Shown: positions 42,892 through 53,700, counted from the stretch's first letter. The stretch: DNA of 64,000 nt from Tidjanibacter sp. (GCA_045543795.1 JAZPXV010000015.1:22953-86952); one strand, 5' to 3'. Translations and numbers: made by a program. The notes: generated from the sequence alone by a model not told the origin.

Positions 42892-44220
42892 TCAATACCC
42901 GTAGCGTTGGCGGTTAGCCGACAAGAGCCAGAGGGTAAGCACTACCGACAGGGCCTCGGCCACCACAATGGCCCACCAGATACCCTCGACACCCATCAAC
43001 TGGGGCAGCAGCAGGATTGTGGCTGCCTGGAACAGAAACATTCGCCCAAACGAGAGCAGGGCCGAGATGACACCATTGTTGAGTGCCGTAAAAAAGGCCG
43101 AGCCAAAGATGCCTATAGGGGCGAAGATGAACGAGATTGAGTAGATTGCAAAGGCGTGGCGGGTGAGTTGGGTGAGCCCCGCGTCGTAGCCCACAAAGAG
43201 GCGCGATAGCCACTCGGCCGAGAGCTCTGCCGCAGCGACCATAGCCACAGCCGAGGTCATCAGTATCACCAGGCTTTTGCGAAAGAGGTTGTGCAGTTCG
43301 CGGCGGTTACCAGCCCCGTAGTGGTAGGACACCACGGGCGACACTCCCATAGAGTAGCCCAAAAAGAGTGCAATGAAGAAGAAGTTGATATACATCACCA
43401 CTCCGTAGGCGGCCACTCCGTCCTCGCCCAGGAAGCGCATAAGTTGGAGGTTGTAGAGTATCGTCACAAACGACATCGACACGTTGGTGACCAGCTCGGA
43501 TGAGCCGTTGAGCGACACCCTGGCCAGTGCTCGCAGGTCGAGGTGCGTTGAGCCCAGGCGCAGGTTGCTGCCATTGGGCATTGCGAAGTAGACCAGTGGC
43601 AGCACTCCGCCCACCACCTGGCCTACGGCAGTAGCCAGTGCAGCGCCCACAAGTCCCCACTCAAAGACCGCCATAAAGAGCCAGTCGAGCACCGCATTGG
43701 TAACGCCTGCCGCCACCGTAACCTTCAGCCCCAGTTCGGGCTTGCCTGCGGTAACCAGCAGTGCCTGGAACATATTTTGGAGCATAAATGCGGGCAGGGC
43801 AATGAGCAGTATGGCGCCATACTCGACGCAGTAGTCTATCATCGAGCTATCGGCCCCGAGCATTACCGAAATCTTGGGCAGCAGGGGCAGTCCCACCGCC
43901 GCAAGCAGTGCCGACAGGCCCAGGCCCACATATACGAGCATAGAGAAGATGCTGTTGGCCCTCTTAGGATTGCCCTCGCCCAGAGTCTTTGCCACCAGAG
44001 CGCTACCACCCGTACCGAGCATAAAGCCCAGCGAGCCGAGTATCATCACAAAGGGAAAGATGATGTTGAGCGCTGCAAAGGGTGTCTTGCCCACATAGTT
44101 CGACACAAAGAAACCATCGACCACGCTATAAATCGAGGTAAACAGCAACATTCCCATCGAGGGGAGCGTAAATCGCAGCAGCTTGGGGTATGTAAAGTTT
44201 TCCGAAAGTGATATATTCAT
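42892..44220 (-). CDS. MATE family efflux transporter
   Basis: 442 aa, about 12 TM helices, typical MATE N-terminus (LLRFTLPSMGMLLFTSIYSVVDGFFVSNYVG). Confidence 0.88.
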   Translation of the reverse strand: MNISLSENFTYPKLLRFTLPSMGMLLFTSIYSVVDGFFVSNYVGKTPFAALNIIFPFVMILGSLGFMLGTGGSALVAKTLGEGNPKRANSIFSMLVYVGLGLSALLAAVGLPLLPKISVMLGADSSMIDYCVEYGAILLIALPAFMLQNMFQALLVTAGKPELGLKVTVAAGVTNAVLDWLFMAVFEWGLVGAALATAVGQVVGGVLPLVYFAMPNGSNLRLGSTHLDLRALARVSLNGSSELVTNVSMSFVTILYNLQLMRFLGEDGVAAYGVVMYINFFFIALFLGYSMGVSPVVSYHYGAGNRRELHNLFRKSLVILMTSAVAMVAAAELSAEWLSRLFVGYDAGLTQLTRHAFAIYSISFIFAPIGIFGSAFFTALNNGVISALLSFGRMFLFQAATILLLPQLMGVEGIWWAIVVAEALSVVLTLWLLSANRQRYGY

Positions 44221-44301
44221 AGTTAAGTTGGCTTGGGCGGTAGTAACAATAGGGGACCGCTCGGTCCCCTATTGTTGTGTATATATTATATAATGTGTCG
44301 A

Positions 44302-44991
44302 TTAGATATCGTCGGTGCGGAACTCGTAGCCCAGGCGTTTGCCGGTCTGTAGCTTGGGGTTCTCCATACGCGACTCGAACTGCTCGATGTTGGCATTCTT
44401 GACAGCATCATAGGGGGGCATCAGCAGGTCGAAGCCCAGCGAGTAGAGCATAGCACGCTCGACAATCTCTACCACAGCCTGGCGCGAGATGGCCTCCTGA
44501 CCAAAACTATCAACACGCCAACGCTCTTGGCGCTTACCCTCAACAAAAAACTTATTCTCGTGGTTGATGAAGATACGCCCCACCAGGTAGCCCTCGTCGT
44601 CGGCACGTTTGAACTTGAACGAGTCGGAGAGGAAGTTATAGATGTTAATCACACCGCAGTAGCTCCTCTGGTTATCCTCCTGCACATACTTGTTGTGCCA
44701 GATGCGGTGGTCGCGCTCGAAGGTAAAGACGTTGGTGTGCATAGCAAACACAAGCACATCGCCTGCCATCTGGATTCGTGCCTCGAACTTACCGCGGTCG
44801 CTATACTCGATGCGGATACGTTTGTCAAGTTTTTCGTCGAGCTCTTCATCGATCTCGGTCGAGAACTCGTGGAGTACATCTTTGAGCTCGTTGAAGAGAG
44901 TGTTGGTGTTGTCGAAAACGCGCTGTTTGAGGCCCGACTTGCTGACGAGCAAATCTTTAATCTGTGTTCGTAACTCGGATTGCGATTCCAT
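44302..44991 (-). CDS. Conserved hypothetical cytoplasmic protein, function unknown
   Basis: 229 aa from MESQSELRTQIKD (ATG at 44991). The longer ORF-track start would overlap the upstream gene. There is no signal peptide and no motif I recognise. Confidence 0.6.
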   Translation of the reverse strand: MESQSELRTQIKDLLVSKSGLKQRVFDNTNTLFNELKDVLHEFSTEIDEELDEKLDKRIRIEYSDRGKFEARIQMAGDVLVFAMHTNVFTFERDHRIWHNKYVQEDNQRSYCGVINIYNFLSDSFKFKRADDEGYLVGRIFINHENKFFVEGKRQERWRVDSFGQEAISRQAVVEIVERAMLYSLGFDLLMPPYDAVKNANIEQFESRMENPKLQTGKRLGYEFRTDDI

Positions 44992-45080
44992 AGTGGTTTT
45001 GATTGTGTGTGTGCTTTTTAAGCTGTGTGGATTAAAAAAAAGTGTGAAAAAATATGTGATGATATCGTCTTTAGACGACT

Positions 45081-45932
45081 CTACTCGATATAGATTTGCT
45101 GCCCCTCGGCCAATGCAGCGCCTCGGTCGGCAATGTTGTTGAGCTTGCACAGGCGGCGAGTGGATACTCCCACCACGCGGCCAATGCGACCAATCAAGTC
45201 GCCCTTGTGGGCCAAGATGTAGCGCCCACCCTCGTCGGCATAGATGCCATAGCCACTGATGCGGTGCAGAGGTACGGCCACCCTATCGACATCGACTGCC
45301 ACCACAACCTCAACCTCGGCAGTATGTTCTTGGGCCTGCTCGCCCTCTTTCACCTCGCTCTGGGCAGGAGTGGTGGGCTGTGCAGGGGCCTCGTAGTCGG
45401 CCAACAGTGCATTGTCGTAGCGGTAGAGCTGGTGCTCCTCGATAATCTTTATCAGCAGTTCGGCATATACGGGGTTGGTGGCATAGCCTGCAGCCTTAAG
45501 GCCGTGGGCCCACCCTTTGTAGTCCTTGGGGTCGAGCGTGAAAAGCCCCTTGTAACGCTCCCTCTCCGAGAGGAACAGCGAGTGGTCGATATAGCTCTCC
45601 TCGACCGAGTCGTAGCTGCGGAAGCACTCCTGTGGGGCATCGTCATCGTGGCGCAACGAGGGGCCATCCCACGAGCCTCCACACTTGATGCCAAAGTGGT
45701 TGTTGCCCTCGCGTGCAAGCCTCGAGTTGCCATTACCCGACTCGAGCAAGCCCTGGGCAAGAGTAATGCTGGCAGGGATGCCATAGAGGGCCTGCTGCTC
45801 TACTGCCAGAGGAGCATACTTGTCGATATACTCTTTGCGAGTGAGCTTGGCCTGCTCTTGTGCCGACACCGCTCCACCCATAAAGGCAAGCGCACCGAGC
45901 ACCAAGACTATATGTCTAACTAATTTTGTCAT
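45081..45932 (-). CDS. Peptidoglycan hydrolase: GH73 N-acetylglucosaminidase domain plus C-terminal LysM
   Basis: Signal peptide, the glucosaminidase motif ITLAQGLLESGNGNSRLAREGNNHFGIK, YATNPVYAELL, and a C-terminal LysM-like region (HKGDLIGRIGRVVGVSTRRLCKLNNI). The start is at MTKLVRH (45932). Confidence 0.8.
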   Translation of the reverse strand: MTKLVRHIVLVLGALAFMGGAVSAQEQAKLTRKEYIDKYAPLAVEQQALYGIPASITLAQGLLESGNGNSRLAREGNNHFGIKCGGSWDGPSLRHDDDAPQECFRSYDSVEESYIDHSLFLSERERYKGLFTLDPKDYKGWAHGLKAAGYATNPVYAELLIKIIEEHQLYRYDNALLADYEAPAQPTTPAQSEVKEGEQAQEHTAEVEVVVAVDVDRVAVPLHRISGYGIYADEGGRYILAHKGDLIGRIGRVVGVSTRRLCKLNNIADRGAALAEGQQIYIE

Positions 45933-46018
45933 AATCGCCACAAAGATATGTATTTTTTTTATTTTTTGTACCTTTGTGGCCAAGGCCATAACATATTAAT
46001 ATAAAGAGGGGCAAACCG

Positions 46019-47056
46019 ATGGTAACGCACAGCACAGTAAAACACGTTTTGGTAATCCGCCTGCGAGGATTGTCGCAGACGGCTATGTGTGTTCACGCCT
46101 TGAGGGGACTGCGCCGCGACTTCCCCGAGCTGAAGATTACAGTCTTGACCGTCAGGCAGTTCGAGCCACTATTCAGGGGTGTCGAGGGTGTCGAGTACCT
46201 CTTTGCCGACGAGCCTTGCTACAAAGGTGTGGCTGGCGAGTGGCGCTTGTGGCGCTCGATACAGCGCCTGGGCGTTGATGCCATAGCCGACCTTGAGGCG
46301 AGTGGCCGCTCGCGTAGGCTTGCTTTCAGTTTGAAACCTCGACGCATAGCACACATCGACAAAAGCCGCAACGAACGCCGACTTTTAACCCGTAAATTCC
46401 GCAAAGTTATGGCCCAGTTAGAGCCCTTGTCGCAACGTAGTCGCGAGGTTTTCAACCAGTTAGGCCTTCCATTCTGTATGCCCGCCCCCATACGCCGTAG
46501 GCGCATAAGCGAGCCCCCACAAATTGCAACCATACTGGCTGGCGAGAAGCGCGGAGTGTGGATTGGCGTGGCCCCTTTGTCGCCCAACCACGGCACCTGC
46601 TACCCTATTCCCCAGGCAGCCGAACTGATTGGCCTGCTGGCCGACAAGTACGATAAAGTCTTTGTCTTTGGCAACGGCAAGTACGAGAGGCAGTTCTGCG
46701 AGGGTATGCAGAGCAAGTTCGAAAGTGTAATCTCCATAGCCGAAAGGGCCTCGCTGAGTGAGCAGATGGAGCTGATAAAGATGCTCGATGCGGTGGTGAC
46801 CATCGATGGCCCAATATTGAGCCTTGCATCGCTGGTGGGCACCCCTGCGGTGTCGATTTGGGGAGCAACCCACCCCTTTATCGAGTCGTGTGGCTATGGG
46901 CAAAACCCTGCCAACAGCGTTCAGATAGAGCTTCCGTGTCGCCCTTGCTCGGTCGACGGACGCCACCAATGCCTGCTCGGAAGCCACGAATGTATGAGGC
47001 GCATAACGCCCCAAATGGTCGCCAAAAGGGTTGAAGAGGTCGTTAAGGGCTGTTAA
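46019..47056 (+). CDS. Glycosyltransferase family 9 (heptosyltransferase-like)
   Basis: 345 aa with GT9 layout: N-terminal VLVIRLRGL...D, a C-terminal region with the motif GPILSLASLVGTPAVSIWG, and a CRPC...C cluster. Confidence 0.75.
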   Translation: MVTHSTVKHVLVIRLRGLSQTAMCVHALRGLRRDFPELKITVLTVRQFEPLFRGVEGVEYLFADEPCYKGVAGEWRLWRSIQRLGVDAIADLEASGRSRRLAFSLKPRRIAHIDKSRNERRLLTRKFRKVMAQLEPLSQRSREVFNQLGLPFCMPAPIRRRRISEPPQIATILAGEKRGVWIGVAPLSPNHGTCYPIPQAAELIGLLADKYDKVFVFGNGKYERQFCEGMQSKFESVISIAERASLSEQMELIKMLDAVVTIDGPILSLASLVGTPAVSIWGATHPFIESCGYGQNPANSVQIELPCRPCSVDGRHQCLLGSHECMRRITPQMVAKRVEEVVKGC

Positions 47057-47190
47057 TACAAAAATTATTAAAAAAATTTACTATCAGTTTAACACATATC
47101 TACAAGCCTAAATATCAAAAACTTACACCACAAACAGCGGCAAAAGTATGTAAATTTAATGTTAAATTATTATTAAAAATTTTTAATTTA

Positions 47191-47221
47191 TTTGCAGGTT
47201 TCAAAAATTGCCGTACCTTTG
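47191..47221 (+). promoter_or_regulatory. Near-consensus Bacteroidetes promoter (-33 TTTG, 19-nt spacer, -7 TAccTTTG) with no ORF downstream
   Basis: TTTG at 47191-47194 and TACCTTTG at 47214-47221. Confidence 0.6.
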
Positions 47222-47227
47222 CAGTGA

Positions 47228-47348
47228 AGTTTTAAGGTTCATTTAGGTTAGTAGTTTTAGGTTAGTAGAAACAGGGCAAGAGTGATTCTATCCCCTGTTT
47301 AAGTTAAAAGCTCGCGATTTTTTTCTTATCAAATCGTGGGCTTTTTTA
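47228..47348 (+). ncRNA. Candidate small RNA (~120 nt) defined by a promoter and an intrinsic terminator
   Basis: There is no ATG-initiated ORF. The region contains the direct repeat TTAGGTTAGTAG x2 (47243-47254 and 47257-47268), the hairpin AAACAGGG...CCCTGTTT (47269-47300), and the terminator GCTCGCGATTT-10 nt-AAATCGTGGGC + TTTTTT (47310-47347). The 5' end is estimated only. Confidence 0.4.
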
Positions 47349-47436
47349 TTTCCCCCTACCTACACCCCTCAACCCAAAGGGTTGCACGCTATTTGCAAAC
47401 AAATCCTAACGACACAATAAAAAACTAAAAAACTCG

Positions 47437-47468
47437 TTTGGTTTTTCGAGTTTCCTGCGCTACATTTG
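47437..47468 (+). promoter_or_regulatory. Promoter of the TetR/efflux operon (-33 TTTG, 20-nt spacer, -7 TAcaTTTG)
   Basis: TTTG at 47437-47440 and TACATTTG at 47461-47468. Confidence 0.55.
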
Positions 47469-47478
47469 CGCCACAAAA

Positions 47479-47496
47479 CACTTATAAATATAAGTG
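47479..47496. promoter_or_regulatory. Putative TetR operator: 8-bp inverted arms with a 2-nt spacer
   Basis: CACTTATA-AA-TATAAGTG lies immediately downstream of the -7 box. A further half-site, ATATAAGTAC, sits near 47516. Confidence 0.5.
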
Positions 47497-47543
47497 GGCC
47501 GCAACGACCGCACACATATAAGTACAAATAAAGCAAAAAAACA

Positions 47544-48158
47544 ATGACAACCAGAGAGCGCATAGTAACTACGGCAACCGAAATGTTCATTGCCCAGGGC
47601 ATTCGCTCGGTGCGTATGGACGACATTGCCCGCCAGTGTGGCGTATCAAAGCGCACCATCTACGAGCTCTTCAAAGACCGCGAGGAACTCATTGGCGAGA
47701 GTATGCGTCACCACGCAATACAGAGCCACACCCAGAGCGAGCAGGCTGCCGAGGGTGCAGAGAATGTTCTGCACGCATTTTGGCTCGTGTCGACCAACGG
47801 CAACCGATTTTGTAAGGGCAACCACACAATCATCGACGAGTTGCGACGTTATTACCCACAGGTGATGGAGCAGCTGATGATAGATATTCACGAGGCTGTA
47901 GTGGTCCACACGCGCGACAAACTGTCGGAGGGTGTGACCGATGGGTTGATAATCCCAAGCCTCGACCTGGATTTCTTCTCGCGAGCTCTGACCAACTATG
48001 TCTACGGCCTTGGGATTATTAGTGCCAACACCCAGACTACGGGTGTGGTCATTACCGACCAGACTATGCCCACAGCCGTACTGGTCTTTCTGCGAGGTAT
48101 CTCGACCGAGAAAGGCCGACGCTACATTGACGATAATTTACTAATAAACAATAAATAA
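47544..48158 (+). CDS. TetR/AcrR family transcriptional regulator
   Basis: 204 aa with the N-terminal HTH RERIVTTATEMFIAQGIRSVRMDDIARQCGVSKRTIYELF. Confidence 0.88.
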   Translation: MTTRERIVTTATEMFIAQGIRSVRMDDIARQCGVSKRTIYELFKDREELIGESMRHHAIQSHTQSEQAAEGAENVLHAFWLVSTNGNRFCKGNHTIIDELRRYYPQVMEQLMIDIHEAVVVHTRDKLSEGVTDGLIIPSLDLDFFSRALTNYVYGLGIISANTQTTGVVITDQTMPTAVLVFLRGISTEKGRRYIDDNLLINNK

Positions 48159-48185
48159 TTTCATTTTTCTGAATAAGAAGCAGTT

Positions 48186-49616
48186 ATGAAGAGAATCATC
48201 ATCTGTTTGGCCACCGCTGTGGCGGCCCTGTGGTCGACGAGTGTCGGCGCACAGCAGTTTGAACTCTCGCTCGACAAGGCTCTGGAAATCGCACTGAGCG
48301 ACAACCCAACAATTCAGGTTGCAGGGCTGGAAATCGAGCGTCAGGATTGGGTTAGGAAACAGACCATTGGCAACTTGTTGCCCAATGTGTCGGTCAGCGG
48401 ACAGTACTCATATAGTATTGTCAAGCAGGAGATGGCCAAAGGCCTCTCGTTTGGTGCCGACAACAGCATCTCTACCCAGGCATCGTTGAGCCTGCCGCTG
48501 TTTGCACCCACCGTTTACGAAACCCTCAAGATGAACCAAACCCAGTTGGAGCAGGCTGTCGAGAGCGCTCGCAGCAGCAAGATTAACCTTGCCAACGAGG
48601 TCAAAAAGGGATTTTACAACATTCTGCTGGCCGAGCAGTCGCTGGTTGTACTGAAGGAGAGCGAGAAGTCTATTGCCGAGACCGTAGCCAACACCGAGAA
48701 GATGTATGCCCAGGGGTTGGCCTCGGAGTACGACCTGTTGAGTGCCCAGGTGCAGTTGAGCAACCTGAAGCCCAACATCATCCAGACCGAAAACTCGATT
48801 AAGACCAGCAAGTTGCTCTTTAAGATGTACTTGGGCCTGCCTGCCAATGCCGACTTTACCCTTGTGGGCACACTCGACCAGATGGCCGACCAGGCATCGG
48901 TGAGCACCATACCCACCGACTCGGTAGACATATCGAACAACACCGACCTGCGCTCGCTCGACCTGCAGGCACAGATGCTCAACCACCAGCTCAAACTGAC
49001 CAACGCAAGCCGTCTGCCGACCATTGCTGCGTTCTCGAACTTTATGTTCTCGGGTAACGACAACACGATGGACTTTGGCAGTATGATGGGCGGCGGTATG
49101 GGTGGCCCTGGAGCTGGCAGTGGCTCAACGGGCAGCGGCTCTACCACCAAGAAAGAGTGGTGGTGGCAGCACCCCCTGTCGGCAGGTATCACCATCAGCA
49201 TACCACTCTTCTCGGGAGGCAAGAATGTCAATAAGGTGAGCGAGATTCGCAACTCACTCAGCCAGCTCTCGTTGCAGAGGGAGTATCTGCGCCAGAGCGT
49301 AAACATTCAGGTCGAGAACGCCTTTAACGCCATACTGACAGCACGCGAGAAGATGGCCTCGAACGAGATTACCGTTCGCCAGGCACAGAAGGCCTACGAT
49401 ATTGCCCTGGTGCGCTACAATGCTGGCACCAGCACCATCTTGGAGCTCAACTCGTCGGAGTTGTCGCTCACCCAGGCCAAACTGAACTACTCGCAGGCCA
49501 CCTACGACTACCTGGCAGCCCGCGCCGACTATGAGAAGATTATAGGTCAGGGCTTTGAGCCCGAGCAGACTGCCGAGCCCGAGCAGCCCTCCGACGAGCA
49601 GGGCGCACAGCAGTAG
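48186..49616 (+). CDS. TolC family outer-membrane efflux protein
   Basis: 476 aa with a signal peptide and two OEP repeats. It carries an unusual Gly/Ser-rich insertion (GGGMGGPGAGSGSTGSGSTTKKEWWW). Confidence 0.85.
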   Translation: MKRIIICLATAVAALWSTSVGAQQFELSLDKALEIALSDNPTIQVAGLEIERQDWVRKQTIGNLLPNVSVSGQYSYSIVKQEMAKGLSFGADNSISTQASLSLPLFAPTVYETLKMNQTQLEQAVESARSSKINLANEVKKGFYNILLAEQSLVVLKESEKSIAETVANTEKMYAQGLASEYDLLSAQVQLSNLKPNIIQTENSIKTSKLLFKMYLGLPANADFTLVGTLDQMADQASVSTIPTDSVDISNNTDLRSLDLQAQMLNHQLKLTNASRLPTIAAFSNFMFSGNDNTMDFGSMMGGGMGGPGAGSGSTGSGSTTKKEWWWQHPLSAGITISIPLFSGGKNVNKVSEIRNSLSQLSLQREYLRQSVNIQVENAFNAILTAREKMASNEITVRQAQKAYDIALVRYNAGTSTILELNSSELSLTQAKLNYSQATYDYLAARADYEKIIGQGFEPEQTAEPEQPSDEQGAQQ

Positions 49617-49673
49617 CCACCCCCCAACACAAACAGAGAGAATAACAAAAATAAAAAATACCAAATAAACACA

Positions 49674-50726
49674 ATGAAACGCAACACAATTGTCGTAGCC
49701 TGCTGCATTGCTGCCGCCCTTACGCTGAGCAGCTGTGGCGCAAAGAAAGGCACTTCGCAGGGTGCAGGTCTTGTAGCCCCCACCGAAGTAGAAGTACTCA
49801 CCCGCACTTCGCCCGTAGAGCGAATGACCATCGCCCAGACCGAGGATTTCACATCAACCCTGCTCCCCTACAAGAAGAGCTTTATCACCCCCCAGATGTC
49901 GCTCCGCATCGACAAGATTAACGTCGAGGTGGGCGACCACGTTAAGGAGGGCCAGGTGGTTGCCGAGTTGGACCGCAACCAGTACAACCAGAGCGCCGTA
50001 CAGCTCAAAAACACCAAGCAGACCTTGGAGCGTATGCGTAGCGTATACGAGGCAGGTGGCGTGAGCCAGTCGCAAATCGATGAGCTCGAGACCTCGGTAA
50101 CCGTATTGGAGGAGACCGTAGCCAATCTGAAACGCAGCATCGAGCTGAAAGCCCCCTTTAGCGGCATCATCACTGGCCGTTACAACGAGGTGGGCGACCT
50201 GTTTGCTATGGCAGGTAATGCCGACGGTGGTATGGGTATGTTCCAGATTATGCAGATCGACAAGCTCAAAGCTATCGTAGCCCTGAGCGAGCAGTACTAT
50301 CCCCAGGTCTACAAGGGTATGAAGGTGATGGTCAAGGCCGATGTCTACCCCGACAAGGAGTTCCCTGCAACAGTGAGCATCGTCTACCCCTCGATTAACG
50401 CCACTACGCGCACCTTTAACGTAGAGCTGGTAATCCCCAACAAGGATGAGATTTTGCGCCCAGGTATGTTTGGTCGTGCCACCTTCAATATGGGCGAGCG
50501 CAGCAGCCTGACTGTAGAGGATGTGTCGATTCAGAAGCAGATGGGCGTAAACGACCGCTACGTCTATGTCATCAAAGATGGCGTTGCCGAGCGTAGGGTT
50601 GTAACCCTGGGCCGCCAGGTGGGCAGCCGCGTGGAGGTACTCTCGGGCGTAAACGAGGGCGAGCAGGTTGCCGTAACCGCACTGTCGAAGCTCAAAAATG
50701 GCAGCAAAGTGAAGGTTGTCGAGTAA
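49674..50726 (+). CDS. Efflux RND periplasmic adaptor subunit (MFP), lipoprotein
   Basis: 350 aa with lipobox LTLSSC and HlyD/biotinyl-lipoyl-like, hairpin and beta-barrel segments. Confidence 0.88.
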   Translation: MKRNTIVVACCIAAALTLSSCGAKKGTSQGAGLVAPTEVEVLTRTSPVERMTIAQTEDFTSTLLPYKKSFITPQMSLRIDKINVEVGDHVKEGQVVAELDRNQYNQSAVQLKNTKQTLERMRSVYEAGGVSQSQIDELETSVTVLEETVANLKRSIELKAPFSGIITGRYNEVGDLFAMAGNADGGMGMFQIMQIDKLKAIVALSEQYYPQVYKGMKVMVKADVYPDKEFPATVSIVYPSINATTRTFNVELVIPNKDEILRPGMFGRATFNMGERSSLTVEDVSIQKQMGVNDRYVYVIKDGVAERRVVTLGRQVGSRVEVLSGVNEGEQVAVTALSKLKNGSKVKVVE

Positions 50727-50795
50727 GTCGCACCCCAACATCTACCTACAAGAAAGAAACACACAGACAGAGAGAGAGAGTTTTAAGTTAGCGTT

Positions 50796-53700
50796 ATGAA
50801 AATATACGAAACATCAGTAAAGAAGCCCATTTCGACGGCGCTGATATTCATTGCAGTGATTGTGTTCGGCCTATTCTCGCTCAACAATCTTGCAATCGAC
50901 CAGCTGCCCGAGATGGACTTGCCTGCCATATCGGTCATCACCACCTATCCTGGTGCCAATGCCGAGGATATCGAGACCAACATCACTCGCCGCATCGAGG
51001 ATGGCCTCAACACAGTGAGCAATCTGAAAGAGATTACCTCCAAGTCGAGCGATGGAGTGTCGCTCGTGTCGCTCGAATTTGAGTGGGGCACAAACCTCGA
51101 CGAGGCCTCAAATGATATTCGCGATGCTCTGGGCCGACTGACCGACTATCTGCCCGAGGATGCCGAAACCCCAATTTTGTTCCGCTTCAACTCGTCGATG
51201 ATGCCCATTATGTCGTTCTCGATTACGGCCGAGGAGAGCTACCCCGCTCTGAACAAGATTCTCGAGGAGCAGTTCGTAAACCGCTTGAGCCGCATCGATG
51301 GTGTGGGCTCGGTGGGCATTTCGGGTGCCCCTGTGAGGGAGATTCAGGTTAACGTAGACCCCGTGAAGATGGAGGCCTACGGACTGAGTGTCGAGCAGAT
51401 TGGCGGCATCATTGCCCAAGAGAATATCAACACCTCGGGCGGTACACTCGACATCGGTAACAACACCTACAACATTAAGGCCGACAGCGAGTTCACCAGC
51501 AGCGACGATCTGAAGACCATCCTCATAAGCAACCTCAACGGCCAGGAGGTCTACCTGCGCGACATTGCCGAGATTAAGGATACCCTCGAAAAGCAGACCC
51601 TCGACGAGCGAATGAACGGCCGCCAGGGTGTGAGGGTTATGATTCAGAAGCAGTCGGGTGCCAACACCGTAAGGATTGTGAATGAGGTGAAGAAGATGCT
51701 GCCCTCGATTGAGAAGAATCTGCCCTCGGATGTTGAGATTCACCTGCTGGGCGACTCGTCGAAGAACATCAAAGACAGTATCAACTCGCTGAGCGAGACC
51801 ATTATGTTCGCATTCTTGTTTGTGATATTGGTTGTGCTCTTCTTCCTGGGTAGGTGGAGGGCAACACTGATTGTCTGCCTTACTATTCCCATTTCGCTGG
51901 TGGTAGCATTCATCTATCTGAACCTTACGGGCGGTACACTCAATATCATCTCGCTCTCGTCGCTCTCGATTGCGATTGGTATGGTTGTAGACGATGCCAT
52001 TGTGGTATTGGAGAACATCACCACCCACATTGAGCGAGGCAGCAAACCACGCGAGGCAGCAATCTATGGTACCAACGAGGTGTGGCTGTCGGTAATCGCC
52101 ACCACCCTGGTAGTAGTAGCCGTATTCCTGCCCCTGACTATGGTAGACGGTATGGCTGGTGTGATGTTCAAACAGCTCGGTTGGATTGTGTCGTTGGTTG
52201 TAACCACCTCTACTGTGGCGGCAATTTCGCTCACACCTATGCTCTCGGCCCTGCTGCTCCGCCTGGAGAATAACAAGCACACCTACAAGGGCCTGAGCAT
52301 TGTATACAAGCCTATCGACAAGTTCCTCGCTTGGTTGGACCGCGCCTACGAGCGCATACTGCGCTGGGCACTAGCTCACAAGAAGATTGTATTCTTTGCG
52401 CCAATGGTGATACTGGTATTTGGCTTGTGGCTGTTTGCGACCAAGATTCCCACCGAGTTTATGCCCAGCAGCGATGGCGACCATATGAGCGCCACCATCA
52501 CCCTTGAGCAGAACATTGGCGTTGAGTACACCACTCGCATTGCTCGCCAGATTGACAGCATTGTCTATGCCAACTACCCCGAGGTTATGCTTTTGAGCAC
52601 CAGTGCGGGCTCGGCAAGCACCTCGAACGTATTCTCGGCAATGAGCACCACTGGTAGCAACATCATCAACTACACCTTCCGTCTGACCGACCCCCAAGAC
52701 CGCGAGCGCACCGTATTTGAGATTGCCGATGCTTTCCGTGCCGACCTGGCTACCATACCCGAGATTAAACGCTCGATTGTAAATGCTGGCGGCGGTATGA
52801 TGGGTGGTAGTGGCTCGGTGCAGATACAGATTTTCGGTCACGACATCGAAAAGACCAACCAGATTGCCGACGACCTGATTGCCCAGTTCTCGCAACTCGA
52901 GGGCGCAAGGGATGTGCGTATGTCGCGCGATGATATGAGGCCCGAGTACAATGTCGAGTTCGACCGCAACAAGATGGCCTACTACGGCCTGAACACCTCG
53001 ACCGTTGCGAGCGCTATCCGCAACCGTATAAACGGTATGACCGCCTCGATTTACCGCGAGGATGGCGAGGAGTACTATATCAAAGTTCGCTACGCCGAAG
53101 AGCACCGCACCTCTATCGAGGATGTCGAGAACATCTTGGTCTACAACCAGCGTGGCCAGGGTGTGAGGGTTAAAGATGTGGGCCGCGTGGTAGAGGTCTA
53201 CGCTCCACCAACGATCGAGCGCGAAAACCGCCAGAGGCTCGTGACCGTAACCGTTGCACTGGGTAACAACGTAGTACTGGGCGATATGGTTGCCAAAGTA
53301 AACCAAATCCTCGACCAGTATCCTATGCCCGAGGACGTCTATACCGACATTGGTGGCGACTGGGAGGACCAGCAAGAGTCGTTTGCCGACCTGGGCGTGC
53401 TGTTGATACTGATTGTACTGCTCGTTTACATTGTTATGGCTACCCAGTTCGAGTCGTTCGTGATGCCCTTCATCATTATGTTTACCATTCTCTACGCCCT
53501 CCCCGGCTCGGCCATTGCACTGTGGCTGACCAGCACCCCTCTGAGCCTTATGGCGCTGATTGCTATTGTGATGCTGGTGGGTATTGTGGTCAAGAACGGT
53601 ATCGTTATGGTAGACTTCACCAACCTGCTGCGCGAGCGTGGCGTGGGTATGTACGACGCAGTTTTGGAGGCAGGCAAGAGCCGTCTGAGGCCCGTATTGA

